A DNA stretch of 64,000 bases from Octopus sinensis (Eukaryota). Position 1 is the stretch's first letter; the number at the start of each line of letters is the position of its first letter. A program made the translations under genes and the position numbers. Below, piece after piece: positions 50,201-62,319 of this stretch. The DNA is taken from contig NC_043001.1 in NCBI RefSeq assembly GCF_006345805.1, forward strand, positions 133,424,001 through 133,488,000. Reading direction: 5' to 3'. The notes under the pieces were generated by a model. It did no database searches, had not been told where the DNA came from, and was given only the letters and a program-made list of their open reading frames with translations.

Positions 50201-51245
50201 ACACGAGCAAAACAAAAAACTGTTCTCAGTATTTAAGGAAGCTGACAAATACAAACAAGAAATCATACCACCTAATAAACATGAAGAAGAAGAAGAAGAA
50301 GATGAAGAAACAACAAAAGCTATAAAACAAATGAAATCCAAACTAAAAACAGAACAGCAACGAACCATGATAAAACGATGGCAAGAAAAGCCCCTTCATG
50401 GTAAATACTGCACTAAACTAAACGCAAAAGAAATAGACAAGAAAAATCCCAGCAATGGTTGAGAAGCTCAGGACTCAAAGCAGAAACAGAGGGATTTTTA
50501 ATTGCAGCACAAGACCAAAGCCTCCCCACCAGAAATTACCAAAAACATGTAATGAAAAGAAATATTACAAGTAACTGCAGAATATGTGGAGATGGACAAG
50601 AAACAATAAATCATATTATCTCTAGCTGCCCAGTCCTGGCTAAGAAGGAATATATTCACAGACATGACAGAGTTGGAACTTACATACATTGGAAGCTATG
50701 CCAACATTATGGAATAACAACAGAAAAAAGATGGTATAGGCACACACCAGAAAAGGTCACAGAAAACGAGAAAGCAACCATACTCTGGGATATGCCGATA
50801 CACACAGATAGAGAAATTAAGGCCAACAGACCAGATATAGTTGTCAGAGATCATGAAGGAAAAAAAAAATGCTTTCTAATTGATGTATCAATACCGGCAG
50901 ATGACAACGTGTCTCTAAAAGAAATGGAGAAACTCTCAAAATACAAAGACCTGGAAATAGAGGTAACTAGAATGTGGAATCTGAAAACAGAAACAATTCC
51001 TATCATAGTAGGTGCATTAGGCATGATAAAAAAATATTCAGACAAATACATAACAAAAACACCAGGACTTACAAACACATATAACATACAGAAAATTGCA
51101 CTACTAGGCACTGCCCACATCCTACGCAGAACACTTTCCATACAATAACCATCAGAGCATCACAACAAATCACAGCACATACCCAAGGCACACAGAGCTG
51201 CGCTCGGTAGTGAAGTGAAAGCACGCTATAAAAATAAAACTACTG
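47283..51245 (+). mobile_element. Near full-length R4/Dong-clade non-LTR retrotransposon inserted in (TAA)n
   Basis: Single long ORF with RT, CCHC knuckle and C-terminal restriction-like endonuclease; about 100-bp 3' UTR; (aat)n/(aag)n upstream and (taa)n downstream. The exact 5' boundary is uncertain. Confidence 0.9.
47455..51148 (+). CDS. RLE-type retrotransposon polyprotein in three frames (47455-49641, 49674-50462, 50459-51148) joined by two 1-bp shifts
   Basis: KWTREEY N-terminal motif; KAPGHDKIPNFWLK; NYRPIT; IDYKKAFDSIPH; GIFQGDTLSPLLF; YMDDLKLY; GGRGL; CRICGDGQETINHIISSC; RPDIVV..IDVSIP..KLSKYKDL. Confidence 0.9.
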
Positions 51246-51252
51246 AATAATA

Positions 51253-51303
<51 letters not shown>

Positions 51304-51323
51304 TGATGATGATGATGATGATG

Positions 51324-51794
51324 ATAAAAACATGCCCCCTCATTGATATGACTGTCCCAATCGATATAAACGTATCTGTCAAGACCTACCAAAAACTGAG
51401 CAAATATAAAGCTCTTGAAATAGAAATCAGCAAAATGTGACACCTGAAGACTAAAACAACACCTGTTGTCATAGGTGCCCTGGGAATGATAGCAAAAGGG
51501 GCTGATAGCTACCTAACTCAGATACCAGGAAAACCACAAATGGCAGAAATTCAAAAGATAGTGATCATGGCAACTGCTCATATCATGCGCAAATATTTTC
51601 TATGTATCTCAAGTTTTAAAACAAACATAATTTTCGTATGGTATTTTAGACATTCACTAGTACAACACTAAGTACAAAACCAAATATATGGCACCTTAGG
51701 CATAACACCAACATGAACTTCCAACTTGTTGTCTCTTGAGGTCTCTGGGTGAGACTTGGAGCCAACTTATACAAATGTAAAGCAAAAGTCAAAC

Positions 51795-51797
<3 letters not shown>
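51324..51797 (+). mobile_element. Second R4/Dong-like family, 3' remnant (RLE end plus 3' UTR)
   Basis: LIDMTVP..KLSKYKALEIEISKM..PVVIGALGMI..IQKIVIMATAHIMRK; followed by (taa)n. Confidence 0.82.
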
Positions 51798-51852
<55 letters not shown>

Positions 51853-51853
<1 letters not shown>

Positions 51854-51899
51854 CTAAAGGGTCGAAACAAACCCGAGCAACGCCGGGCGATACTACTAG
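51853..51899 (+). mobile_element. 47-bp Helitron 3'-end element
   Basis: a|tctaaagggtcgaaacaaacccgagcaacgccgggcgatactactag|t; matches the 3' end of the 33938-34303 element. Confidence 0.7.
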
Positions 51900-51911
51900 T
51901 AATAATAATAA

Positions 51912-53166
51912 TAATCCTTTCTATTATAGGCACAAGGATGAAATTTGGGGGAAGCGAGCAGTTGATTATATCGATCCCAGTACTTAACTGGTCCTTATTT
52001 TATCGACCCCGAAAGAATGAAATGCAAAGTCAACCCCAGTGGAGTTTGAACGCAGAACGTAGCGACAGACTAAATACGCGGTTTCAAATCTTGCCACAAG
52101 TGTAGAAATTTTGGGGGAAGGGATAAGTCGATTACATGGACCCCCAGTGTTCAACTGGTACTTATTTTATCGACCCGAAAGGATGAAAGACAAAGTCGAC
52201 CTCGGCGGAATTTGAACTCAGAACGTAGCGACAGGCGAAATATCGCTAAGCATTTTGTCCAGCGTGCTAATGATTCCGTCAGCTCACTACCTTTTACTAA
52301 TAATAATTCTTTTAACTATAGGCACAAGGCCTGAAATTTTGTGGAGGGGGCGGGGGTTAAGTTGATTACACCTACCCCAGTACTCAACTGGTTCCTAATT
52401 TATCGGCCCCGAAAGAGTGAAAGGTAAAGCCGACCTCGGCGGACTCTAAACTCAGAACGTAGCAACAGACGAAATACTGCTAAGCTTCTTGCTCGGCGCG
52501 CTAACGATTCTGCCAGCTCACTGTCTTGATAATAATAATAATCCTTTCTACTGTAGGCACAAAGCCTGGATTTTGTGGGGAGAGGAACAGTCGATCACAT
52601 TAACTCAAGTACTTCACTGGTATTTAATTTATCGACCCTGGAAGAATGAAAGGCAAAGTCGACCTCAGCGGAATTTGAACTAAGAACGTAGCGACGGGTT
52701 AAATACCTATTTCTATTTCTTTATTACCCACAAGGGGCTGAACATAGAGGGGACAAACATGGACAGACATAGGTATTAAGTCGATTATATCGACCCCAGT
52801 GCTTAACTGGTACTTAATTTATCGACCCCGAAAGGATGAAAGGCAAAGTCGACCTCAGCAGAATTTGAACTAAGAACGTAGCGACGGGTTAAATACCGCT
52901 AAGCGTTTCGCCCGGCGTGCTAACGATTCTGCCAGCTCGCCACCTTAATAATAATCCTTTCTACTAAGTGCACAAGGCATAAATTTTGGTGGGAAGAGAC
53001 TAGTCGATTACATCGACCCCAGTGTTTCAGTGGTGGTTGATTTATCGACCCCGCAAGGATGAAAGGCAAAATCGACCTCAGTGGAATTTGAACCAGAATG
53101 TACAGACGGACGAAATGCCGCATAGCATTTTGTCCGGCGTGCTAACGATTCTTTCAGCTCATTACC

Positions 53167-53206
<40 letters not shown>

Positions 53207-53262
53207 TGATAATAGTGATAATAATAATAATAATAATAATAATAATCATAATAATAATAATC

Positions 53263-53308
<46 letters not shown>

Positions 53309-53361
53309 TAATAATAATAATGATAATAATAATAAATAATAATAATATAATAATAATAATA

Positions 53362-53398
<37 letters not shown>

Positions 53399-53401
53399 CA
53401 T

Positions 53402-53440
<39 letters not shown>

Positions 53441-53476
53441 ATAATAATAATAATCATAGTAATAATAATAATAATG

Positions 53477-53512
<36 letters not shown>

Positions 53513-53529
53513 TAATAATAATAATAATG

Positions 53530-53582
<53 letters not shown>

Positions 53583-53583
53583 C

Positions 53584-53635
<52 letters not shown>

Positions 53636-53663
53636 TATAATAATAATATAATAATAATAATAA

Positions 53664-53705
<42 letters not shown>

Positions 53706-53766
53706 TAATAATAATATAATAATCATAATAATAATAATCATAGTAATAATAATAATAATAATAATG

Positions 53767-53834
<68 letters not shown>

Positions 53835-53839
53835 TAATG

Positions 53840-53871
<32 letters not shown>

Positions 53872-54110
53872 CATAGTAATAATAATACTAATAATAATAA
53901 TTCAGATTTTGCAACGAGGACAGCAGTTTTGGGAGAGGGGGATGAGTCGATTACATTGACCAAAGCGTTCAACTGGTACCTATTTCATCGACTCCGAAAG
54001 GATGAAAGGCAAAGTCGCCTCGGCGGAATTTGAACTCAGACTGTAAGGACGGACGAAATGCCGCTAAGCATTTCGCTTGGCGTGCTAAAGATTCTGCTAT
54101 CTCGCCACCT
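51912..54110 (-). mobile_element. Head-to-tail array of about 7 SINE family B copies separated by (TAA)n, including a roughly 720-bp degenerate (TAA)n at 53170-53890
   Basis: Repeated gatgaaaggcaaagtcgacctc...gccagctcgccacctt blocks, all on the minus strand. Confidence 0.88.
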
Positions 54111-54115
54111 TAATA

Positions 54116-54193
<78 letters not shown>

Positions 54194-54221
54194 TTAATAA
54201 TAATAATGATAATTTTTTTTT

Positions 54222-54370
54222 AGACAGCCACTAGTACAACACAAAAAACAACCAAATATATGGCACACGAGGCATAACAACAACGTGAACTTCCAACCTG
54301 TTGTCTCTTGAGGTCTCCGGGTGAGACTTGGAGCCAACTTGTACAAATATAAAGCAAAAGTCAAACATAT
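54222..54370 (+). mobile_element. 3' UTR-only copy of the second R4/Dong-like family
   Basis: Matches about 51650-51797 (aacttccaac.tgttgtctcttgaggtctc.gggtgagacttggagccaac); (taa)n on both sides. Confidence 0.8.
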
Positions 54371-54401
54371 AATAACAATAATAATGATAATAATAATAAT
54401 A

Positions 54402-54448
<47 letters not shown>

Positions 54449-54492
54449 TAATAATAATAATAATATAATAATAATAATAATAATAATAATAT

Positions 54493-56240
54493 TAAGCCTC
54501 ACAAATGGAGCCCACACACGCTCACCGTCCAGAAATCGTTGCAGGTGGCGTAACCCAAGAGCGTGTCTGCACACTAGGAGCCACGGCATACCTAATCCGC
54601 CGCTCAGAGGATCCTGACAACAGACTGAGCACCTGACCATTGGAACGCGTCCTCCCATAAGAATTTAAATAAGAGACGTTCCAACCTGGTCGAGCAGTAA
54701 CCGGAACAAAACAACGGTCAGGCGATAAATGATAACGGAAGCGATACAGGCCTTATCCACCTCTGCCTGATCTTCCAGGGACAGCTTCCTCTCAGCCCGT
54801 GGCCGCCCTGTTCGCCACCCCATCCCAGTTCTTATCAACCTGGAGGTCCGAACCAAACTGGTCCGTCGGCCCACCGTCCGACAACGCCGTCCGATGGCAT
54901 CGACTAGCCTCTCTAGGAGCCCAACCGCAAACCCACCGATTTGTCGGCATTAATTTTAGCCCCTGCAATCGGCTCATTTAGGATGGTGCCTCCCGTCTCC
55001 ACTTCGGAAGCATCTGATATTATGACGGTGATGTCGTCTGTGTATGCCGTCACTGTCCTTCCGTGTCCCAGTTCGAAAGGGATGCCCCTTAAATGTTACA
55101 CCTTTCGCAGCAGTGGCCCGTGTGCCAATATGTACAGAAGATGCAACAGCAGACAGCCCTGACGAATCGAACGTGCCATACCAGACGGATCCGATAGGTG
55201 ACGGTTTTCTTTGACCAGTGAATAGGTGCCGCTGTGCATTGCAGCGATCAAGCCATTGAAAACGGGTCCGAAACCGCCAGCTTCCAGGACAGCTTTCAGG
55301 ACGGCTTCTAACTAGCGATACTTGACCCTAATGAATGCTTTCGAGTGATCCAAATTGATCAAAGCACTCCCAAAGCCAGCTTTGGTTCCAGCCCTCTTTA
55401 TGATGTATCGCATAATGTGGAGGTTGTCGTGAATAGACCTGCTCGGGATTGCGCACGTTTGCACCTCTGCGACCAGGCTACCGACAAGTGCCAACTTTTT
55501 CGCTAACACCTTGGCCAAAATCTTAAACTTTGTTTAGCAGAGTTATGGACCGAAAATTCCCTAGTACGTCTCCATTGTCGTCGCCCTTCCTCAGCAGTGT
55601 CCATACCTCAGTTAACAGCGCTAGGAATTCTACAGTCCTGTTGCCAGTTGCGATAGACGTCTGCCAAGTGGTCACCAAACAGATCTGGCATGAATACGTA
55701 GAATTCATACGGCAGACCATCAAAACCGGACGATTTATGATTTGTGCAATCGCTCATTGCCTCCCGAATCTTAACGGCTGCTATCGACTTTTCACATAAC
55801 TTCGCGTAAGCTGCTGAGAGCCGCGGCAAGCCGTCCAGGTACAAACTAAAGTCCACTACCGTCGTCGAGTCATCGCCCTCCCAAAACAGCCACACGAAGT
55901 GCTGCTGAAAAACTGCACACATCTGCTCGGAGCCGAGTAACACGCGCCCGCCACGCGCCCGCCACGCACCCGATCCGTCAAAGACCTGATCATGGTTTTG
56001 TATCCATGTCGCGTCTCCATCGTTCGGGCCCGTCGGACAGCTTTAGTTCGTTCATGTTTGAGTGCACGGTCCTTAGCTGACAACATAACCTTCGTGTTTC
56101 ACTTCGAAGAAATGGTAAAGGGCCATTCTCGCGCTAACACATTAGTCGCAATGCCCTTCTAATCGCCTCTTCCAATTTGCTAACTAGTTCCCCCTCTAAT
56201 CTATTCCTTTCAATTGCTATAGTTTATGGAGATAACTAGG
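54493..56240 (-). mobile_element. Degenerate L1/Tx1-clade LINE ORF2 fragment (second, diverged family)
   Basis: SSGFDGLPYEFY, NFRSITLLN, QTCAIPSRSIHDNL, LINLDHSKAF, GLSMPW-like segment. Confidence 0.82.
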
Positions 56241-56384
56241 CTATGAAAAACTTGACTCAATGGTTTACATTTTCTAGTTTTAAACATTCGTTCGGAAAAC
56301 AAATATCTTGTAATTGATTTTGTTTTCTCTCTCTTAGAACCAATAACTTAATTAATAACAGTGGTGTACACCACAGTTCTATAG
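56151..56384. repeat. 234-bp direct repeat, copy 1 (copy 2 at 59361-59594)
   Basis: Three substitutions seen by eye between the copies. Confidence 0.92.
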
Positions 56385-56806
56385 TGTGTTACAGGAAGTA
56401 TTCTGCCCCAACACCATCATGCCAACTCTGTTCAACTTATTGAACCTCATGTCGTTACATGCCTCTGTATTTATCCAGTTCTTTGCTAGATCGATTCAAT
56501 TTGCAAACAAACGACTATTTACCGAAGCAAATCATTATGAGTTTCTTTGAAGTCTACTGTTTCACGATTTCAAAAAAATAAAAAGCCCAACACAATCTTC
56601 TTTCTAGAATGACGATTCTTTATCCAAGAATGCTAACCAGTTGCACCCAGACATCACATATTGTCAGAACATGGGTTAGATGAATGACAAGACTTAGGTC
56701 TATGAAGGTCTCTCCTGGCTTCTGAAGATTCACGTGGTAACTTCAACTGAACACTGAAACCGATCGTAACATTCATTAAATATAGTTTCCTCCCTGCTTA
56801 TAACAC

Positions 56807-57190
56807 TGGAAGCACTCCGTCGGTTACGACGATGAGGGTTCCGGTTGATCCGAATCAACGGAACAGCCTGCTCGTGAAATTAACGTGTAAGTGACTGAGC
56901 ACTCCACGGACACGTGTACCCTTAACGTAGTTCTCGGGGATATTCAGCGTGACACAGAGAGTGACAAGGCCGGCCCTTTGAAATACAGGTACAACAGAAA
57001 CAGGAAGTAAGAGTGAGAGAAAGTTGTGGTGAAAGAGTACAGCAGGGATCACCACCATCCCCTGCCGGAGCCTCGTGGAGCTTTAGGTGTTTTCGCTCAA
57101 TAAACACTCGCAACGCCCGGTCTGGGAATCGAAACCGCGATCCTATGACCGCGAGTCCGCTGCCCTAACCACTGGGCCATTGCGCCTCCA
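56807..57190 (-). mobile_element. SINE family A
   Basis: TSD ttataacact. Confidence 0.92.
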
Positions 57191-57380
57191 CTTTATAACA
57201 CTAGTTTATGATTCACTCGGTTCTTTGCTGAGGAGTTTGGTCCAAAGAAAGCTAAGGTTCTTATTCTTGGACCATATTACTATTCTGAAAATTTTAATAA
57301 AAACTGAGTTTTTGTTGGATTTAATTGGTTGCGTTTCTTATCTATTATCGCAATAAAAATACATATTATTAGTAACTCAC

Positions 57381-57573
57381 ATTCCTTTTGACCACTTGCT
57401 GTTTTCATCATTCCATTCCTGCGCAACTAAGCTGTTATTGACGATGTTAGCAAATGCATAAGAAATATGTGTGCACAATGTTGCATCGATATCGTCAGGC
57501 ACGAATTTCCCTTCATTGCTGCGGTACTGAGCCCAGTTTGTGTAAAAGCACCAACGTCGCAACTCTGATGTGT
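57381..57573 (-). CDS. GH18 chitinase-like gene, first visible coding exon ([17 protein letters not shown]...CTHISYAFA...WNDE)
   Basis: Classic GH18 N-terminal motifs [10 protein letters not shown] and CTHISYAFA. Acceptor ttttacag and donor gtgagt; 193 bp, phase 1 in and phase 2 out, joins the next exon as ATG (GM-YARV). Confidence 0.93.
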
Positions 57574-57827
57574 CTGTAAAATAATACATTCATATATGAG
57601 TATATATATATATAGAGAGAGAGAGGGGGGAGGGGAGGGAATAGAAGTCAAAACATGAGTGTATATATATATTTATTGATATTTAGCAGAAACAACAGAG
57701 TGACTCAAGGCTCAAGAGTTTCGTTTGATAAGTGCTAATGCACGAAACTCTTGAGCCACTTTGTTGCTTCAGAGAGTATTTGTGTGTGTGTGTGGTGTGT
57801 GTGTGTGTGTGTGTGTTTACTTGTGTG

Positions 57828-59345
57828 TACATGGTGTCGCTCAAAATGCAAACACATTTTAATAGCTGGTTATTCACTTGATTTTTAACTCTTTCTAGAT
57901 TTAATCCATAAAAAATAATGACGGAAACCAGGAAAGCTTTCAACGAAGGAAATTTGTCCTAAAGTACAACTGGAAATTTGGACTCGCAGTCGAAGTGCAA
58001 AAACAGTTTAGAAAAGAATTTCAAAAAAAAATCCTTCTACACGGCTTATCATCCTTCGTATTAAAGATAAGTTTGAAGCAAATAGAACTTCTTAGAATAT
58101 CTACATTCTCACTCTAGAAGACAGACATCAAAGAGCAAGAAAGGGTACAAGAAATGTATTGCCAGAGCTCAAGAAAATCTACGCAACAAGAGAGTCGTAG
58201 GGTAGAAATTTCAGAGTCAATAAATGTCCATCATATTTTGAAGCGCCGTCATTGGAATAGCTACTCTTTTTACTCTTTTACTCTTTTACTTGTTTCAGTC
58301 ATTTGACTGCGGCCATGCTGGAGCACCGCCTTTAGTCGAGCAAATAGACCCCGGGACTTATTCTTTGTAAGCCCAGTACTTATTCTATCGGTCTCTTTTG
58401 CCGAACCGCAAAATGACGGGGACGTAAACACACCAGCATCGGTTGTCAAGCAATGCTAGGGGGACAAACACAGACACACAAACATATAGACACACACTTA
58501 TATATATATATATACATATATACGACGGACTTCTTTCAGTTTCCGTCTACCAAATCCACTCACAAGGCATTGGTCGGCCCGGGGCTATAGCAGAAGACAC
58601 TTATCCAAGATGCCACGCAGTGGGACTGAACCCGGAACCATGTGGTTGGTAGGCAAGCTACTTACCACACAGCCACTAGTCTATGCTCTCAATGAAGAGG
58701 ACCCAGATCGAAGAGTGAAGTTTTACCAGTGGTGGTGGTAAGATGTGTAGAAGATGCACCGCTTTCTAACATATATTGTTTGGAATGATGAGGGAACATT
58801 TCAATTAAATGGCTTAATTAACTGTCATAATTACACCTACTGGGGGCCTGAGTGTCCGCTGCTTACGGTGGAACATGGTGTAGCTTGTCATCAAAAGGAA
58901 TAATTCGATCATTTTATGGTATTGTGACTGGCTCCACTTATGTGAACCTGCTGTGGTAATGTAAGGGTCTACCTTGAGATTTTGCAAAACAGGTGGATTG
59001 GACGAAAAGGTTCAGTAGAATATCCTCTGTGTACACCGAACCTCATACCACTATGGGGATGTTAAAAGATAAATCTTCTGGTACAAAACCGGCAACAACA
59101 GACAAATTGTCAGTAGCCATTGAACGAGAATGCGTACAACTACCGAACGAAATGTTTGTTGACGTTTACGTTCCACTGCATTACGTTATCAGCAGGGCCT
59201 GGACCAGAGCGATCATCAGGGCCTGGACCAGAGCGATCAGCAGGGCCTGGACCAGAGCGATCAGCAGTTTAAAAACAGTCATTCATAAGAAAATTAAATT
59301 CTGTTTGTAGATTCAATTAAATTTTGAAGAATATAAATGTATTTT
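57828..59345 (+). mobile_element. Degenerate Tc1/mariner transposon (DUF4817-type N-terminal HTH), interrupted by SINE family C (58262-58677, minus)
   Basis: QRRKFVLKYNWKF...EVQKQFRKEF...TRLIILRIKDKFEA; ALNEEDPDRRVKFYQW; [16 protein letters not shown] 24-bp tandem x3 lies at about 59190-59266. Confidence 0.7.
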
Positions 59346-59360
59346 AATAATCATTGATTT

Positions 59361-59594
59361 ATGCCCTTCTAATCGCCTCTTCTAATTTGCTAACTAGTTC
59401 CCCCTCTAATCTATTCCTTTCAATTGCTATAGTTTATGGAGATAACTAGGCTATGAAAAACTTGACTCGATGGTTTACATTTTCTAGTTTTAAACATTCG
59501 TTCGGAATACAAATATCTTGTAATTGATTTTGTTTTCTCTCTCTTAGAACCAATAACTTAATTAATAACAGTGGTGTACACCACAGTTCTATAG
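59361..59594. repeat. 234-bp direct repeat, copy 2
   Basis: See 56151-56384. Confidence 0.92.
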
Positions 59595-60066
59595 AAGGGC
59601 ACTATTCAATGTGTGTATAAATGTTTTTGAAGAAAACAGCATCACAAAAGAGCAACAAGTCATTTTAAAAGAAATATACTACTGGAATAATGCAGTTATC
59701 TCCACCCTGATCCAAAATATAGCACTAATTTTTACCATCTCCTCTTCGTAAGAGAGAGAGCGGCGCCTATGGTTCTTTAAACGCTTCTAAGACTTTTGGG
59801 AGAGATGAAAACAGTTATCTTCGGACTGGAGACTTCAACCCAAACGCCTGGAACAGAGTGAACTTTCATAAATGCACTCATGTACCAGTGGTTGTGTTGA
59901 ACTAGATGTTGAATTAAGTTTACCGTGTCTACAGGAGATGTGGGTTCTTGTCCCACGAGCAGCCTTCGAATACATCTATCCAAATTCTTTTAATCCAATA
60001 TTTACATGCTATCAGTTAGTGATTTATATGTACTTCGAGAACTAATTCCGCCTCGCCAACAAGAAT

Positions 60067-60311
<245 letters not shown>

Positions 60312-60547
60312 TAGTAAAAAAACACACAAATTTCCACACGAAAGCACGTGATTTCTGCCCTTGGCATGTAGCTTCAACCGTGCTTTCTGACGTAAATTTG
60401 CTACCCGGGTATCGGTTAACCGAATTATCCATACTAGGATAATTCATTCAACTACTTAAATATATATATATATATATATATATATAACCATATGTGAATC
60501 GTTGGCGATTTTCTTCCTCTGTCTTCATTTCTATTGAACTTTCTTCT

Positions 60548-60582
60548 ATTACTGAAGAAGAGCGTTGCTCGAAACGTTAAAC
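60548..60582 (+). ncRNA. Minimal hammerhead motif in a Penelope-type terminus related to 12740-12960
   Basis: CUGAAGA-A-GAGC(GUU)GCUC-GAAAC-GUU-AAAC; stem I partly decayed. Confidence 0.55.
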
Positions 60583-60676
60583 CGTCTTTCTTTCCTTCCC
60601 TGAGTGTCTGCTAATACTTTACATGTAACACGTCCTCGCATTGTTGTTGTTTTTGTGTTTGTTCTTCTTTGGGGGA

Positions 60677-60715
<39 letters not shown>

Positions 60716-60869
60716 TTTGTGTGTGTGTGTGTGAGTGTGTGTGGGTGTGAGTGTGTGTGTTTGTTTGTTTGTGTGTAACGGCTTGTATTAATGATATATG
60801 TTGGAGTTGGTAGTTAGCGATTGTAACGAGTGTTGCTGTTGCAGAAGTGCAAGGTGAACAAAGAACATT

Positions 60870-61700
60870 GATCGAAGTTGTAAATAAATATTTATTTACC
60901 GTTACTTAATATAATGCCATGCCTCGACGGGTAGGTGTGATATAATTGTAAGAGCATGCGAGGTTAAGAAAGTAAATTTCGGCCTGTATGTGTGTACACG
61001 TTCTTATTATAGTGGGATGGTGGAAGCACTCCGTCGGTTACGACGATGAGGGTTCCGGTTGATCCGAATCAACGGAACAGCCTGCTCGTGAAATTAACGA
61101 GTAAGTGACTGAGCACTCCACAGACACGTGCACCCTTAACGTAGTTCTCGGGGATATTCAGCGTGACACAGAAAGTGACAAGGCCGGCCCTTTGAAATAC
61201 AGGTACAACAGAAACAGGAAGTAAGAGTGAGAGAAAGTTGTGGTGAAAGAGTACAGCAGGGATCACCACCACCCCCTGCCGGAGCATCGTGGAGCTTTTA
61301 GGTGTTTTCGCTCAATAAACACTCACAACGCCCGGTCTGAGAATCGAAACCGCGATCCTATGACCGCGAGACCGCTGCCCTAACCACTGGGCCATTGCGC
61401 CTCCACTTATTATAGTAGTAAGCCATAGATAGTGATAGAATGATTTTGTAAGAGAAAAGAAACTGAGCTAGTGAAAGTTATAGAGTTGAGGGAAGTTGTG
61501 TCGACTGATTGTAACCTTTTTCCCTCTGGTCGTTTGTCTTTTGTGGTTGCCTGCTTGTGGCCATGACTCTAGTATTTATAACTATGCAAAACCAGCTAGA
61601 AGGATAGACATATTGTAGAGAACAATAGATTTCGTTGGGATCTGTTATGGTCTAGCAGAGGTTAGAAGGTATCTGGTAAAAGTAACTGCTGTCACTCACT
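60870..61700 (-). mobile_element. Possible decayed Penelope GIY-YIG remnant interrupted by a SINE
   Basis: Faint LYN.H..SF...Y.W and R..TY.P / NKYL similarities in broken frames. Confidence 0.3.
61021..61405 (-). mobile_element. SINE family A
   Basis: TSD cttattatagt. Confidence 0.92.
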
Positions 61701-61812
61701 GAAAAAAAATAGTGTTTTAACGTGAGAAAAGTGCTATTGAACTGCTAAGTGAAATTTGACAATCCACGCCTTGCCTGCATGAAGCCAGTACATATATACA
61801 TATATATATATA

Positions 61813-62220
61813 TTCTTTTACTTGTTTCAGTCATTTGACTGCGGCCATGCTGGAGCACCGCCTTTTTTTAGTCGAGCAAATCGACCCCGGGACTTATTCT
61901 TTGTAAGCCCAGTACTTATTCTATCGGTCTCTTTTGCCGAACCGCTAAGTGACGGGGACGTAAATACACAAGCATCGGTTGTCAAGTAATGCTAGGGGGG
62001 CCAAACACAGACACACAAACATACACACACACATATATATATATATATACATACATATATACGACAGGCTTCTTTCAGTTTCCGTCTACCAAATCCACTC
62101 ACAAGGCATTGGTCGGCCCAGGGCTATAGCAGAAGACACTTGCCCAAGATGCCACGCAGTGGGACTGAACCCGGAACCATGTGGTTGGTTAGCAAGCTAC
62201 TTACCACACAGCCACTCCTG
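61813..62220 (-). mobile_element. SINE family C
   Basis: Full-length. Confidence 0.9.
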
Positions 62221-62253
62221 TATATATATATGTGTGTGTGTGTGTGTATGTGT

Positions 62254-62315
<62 letters not shown>

Positions 62316-62319
62316 ATAT

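Noticed and set aside
51912-54110. CRISPR-like repeat-spacer array
   Set aside because: Units are about 200-bp SINEs with microsatellite spacers in a eukaryotic intron; no cas genes.
57683-57943. MKAFLVSVIIFYGLNL as the chitinase signal-peptide exon
   Set aside because: Starts at TTG, has no phase-1 donor matching the next exon, and is antisense to a mariner transposase N-terminus.
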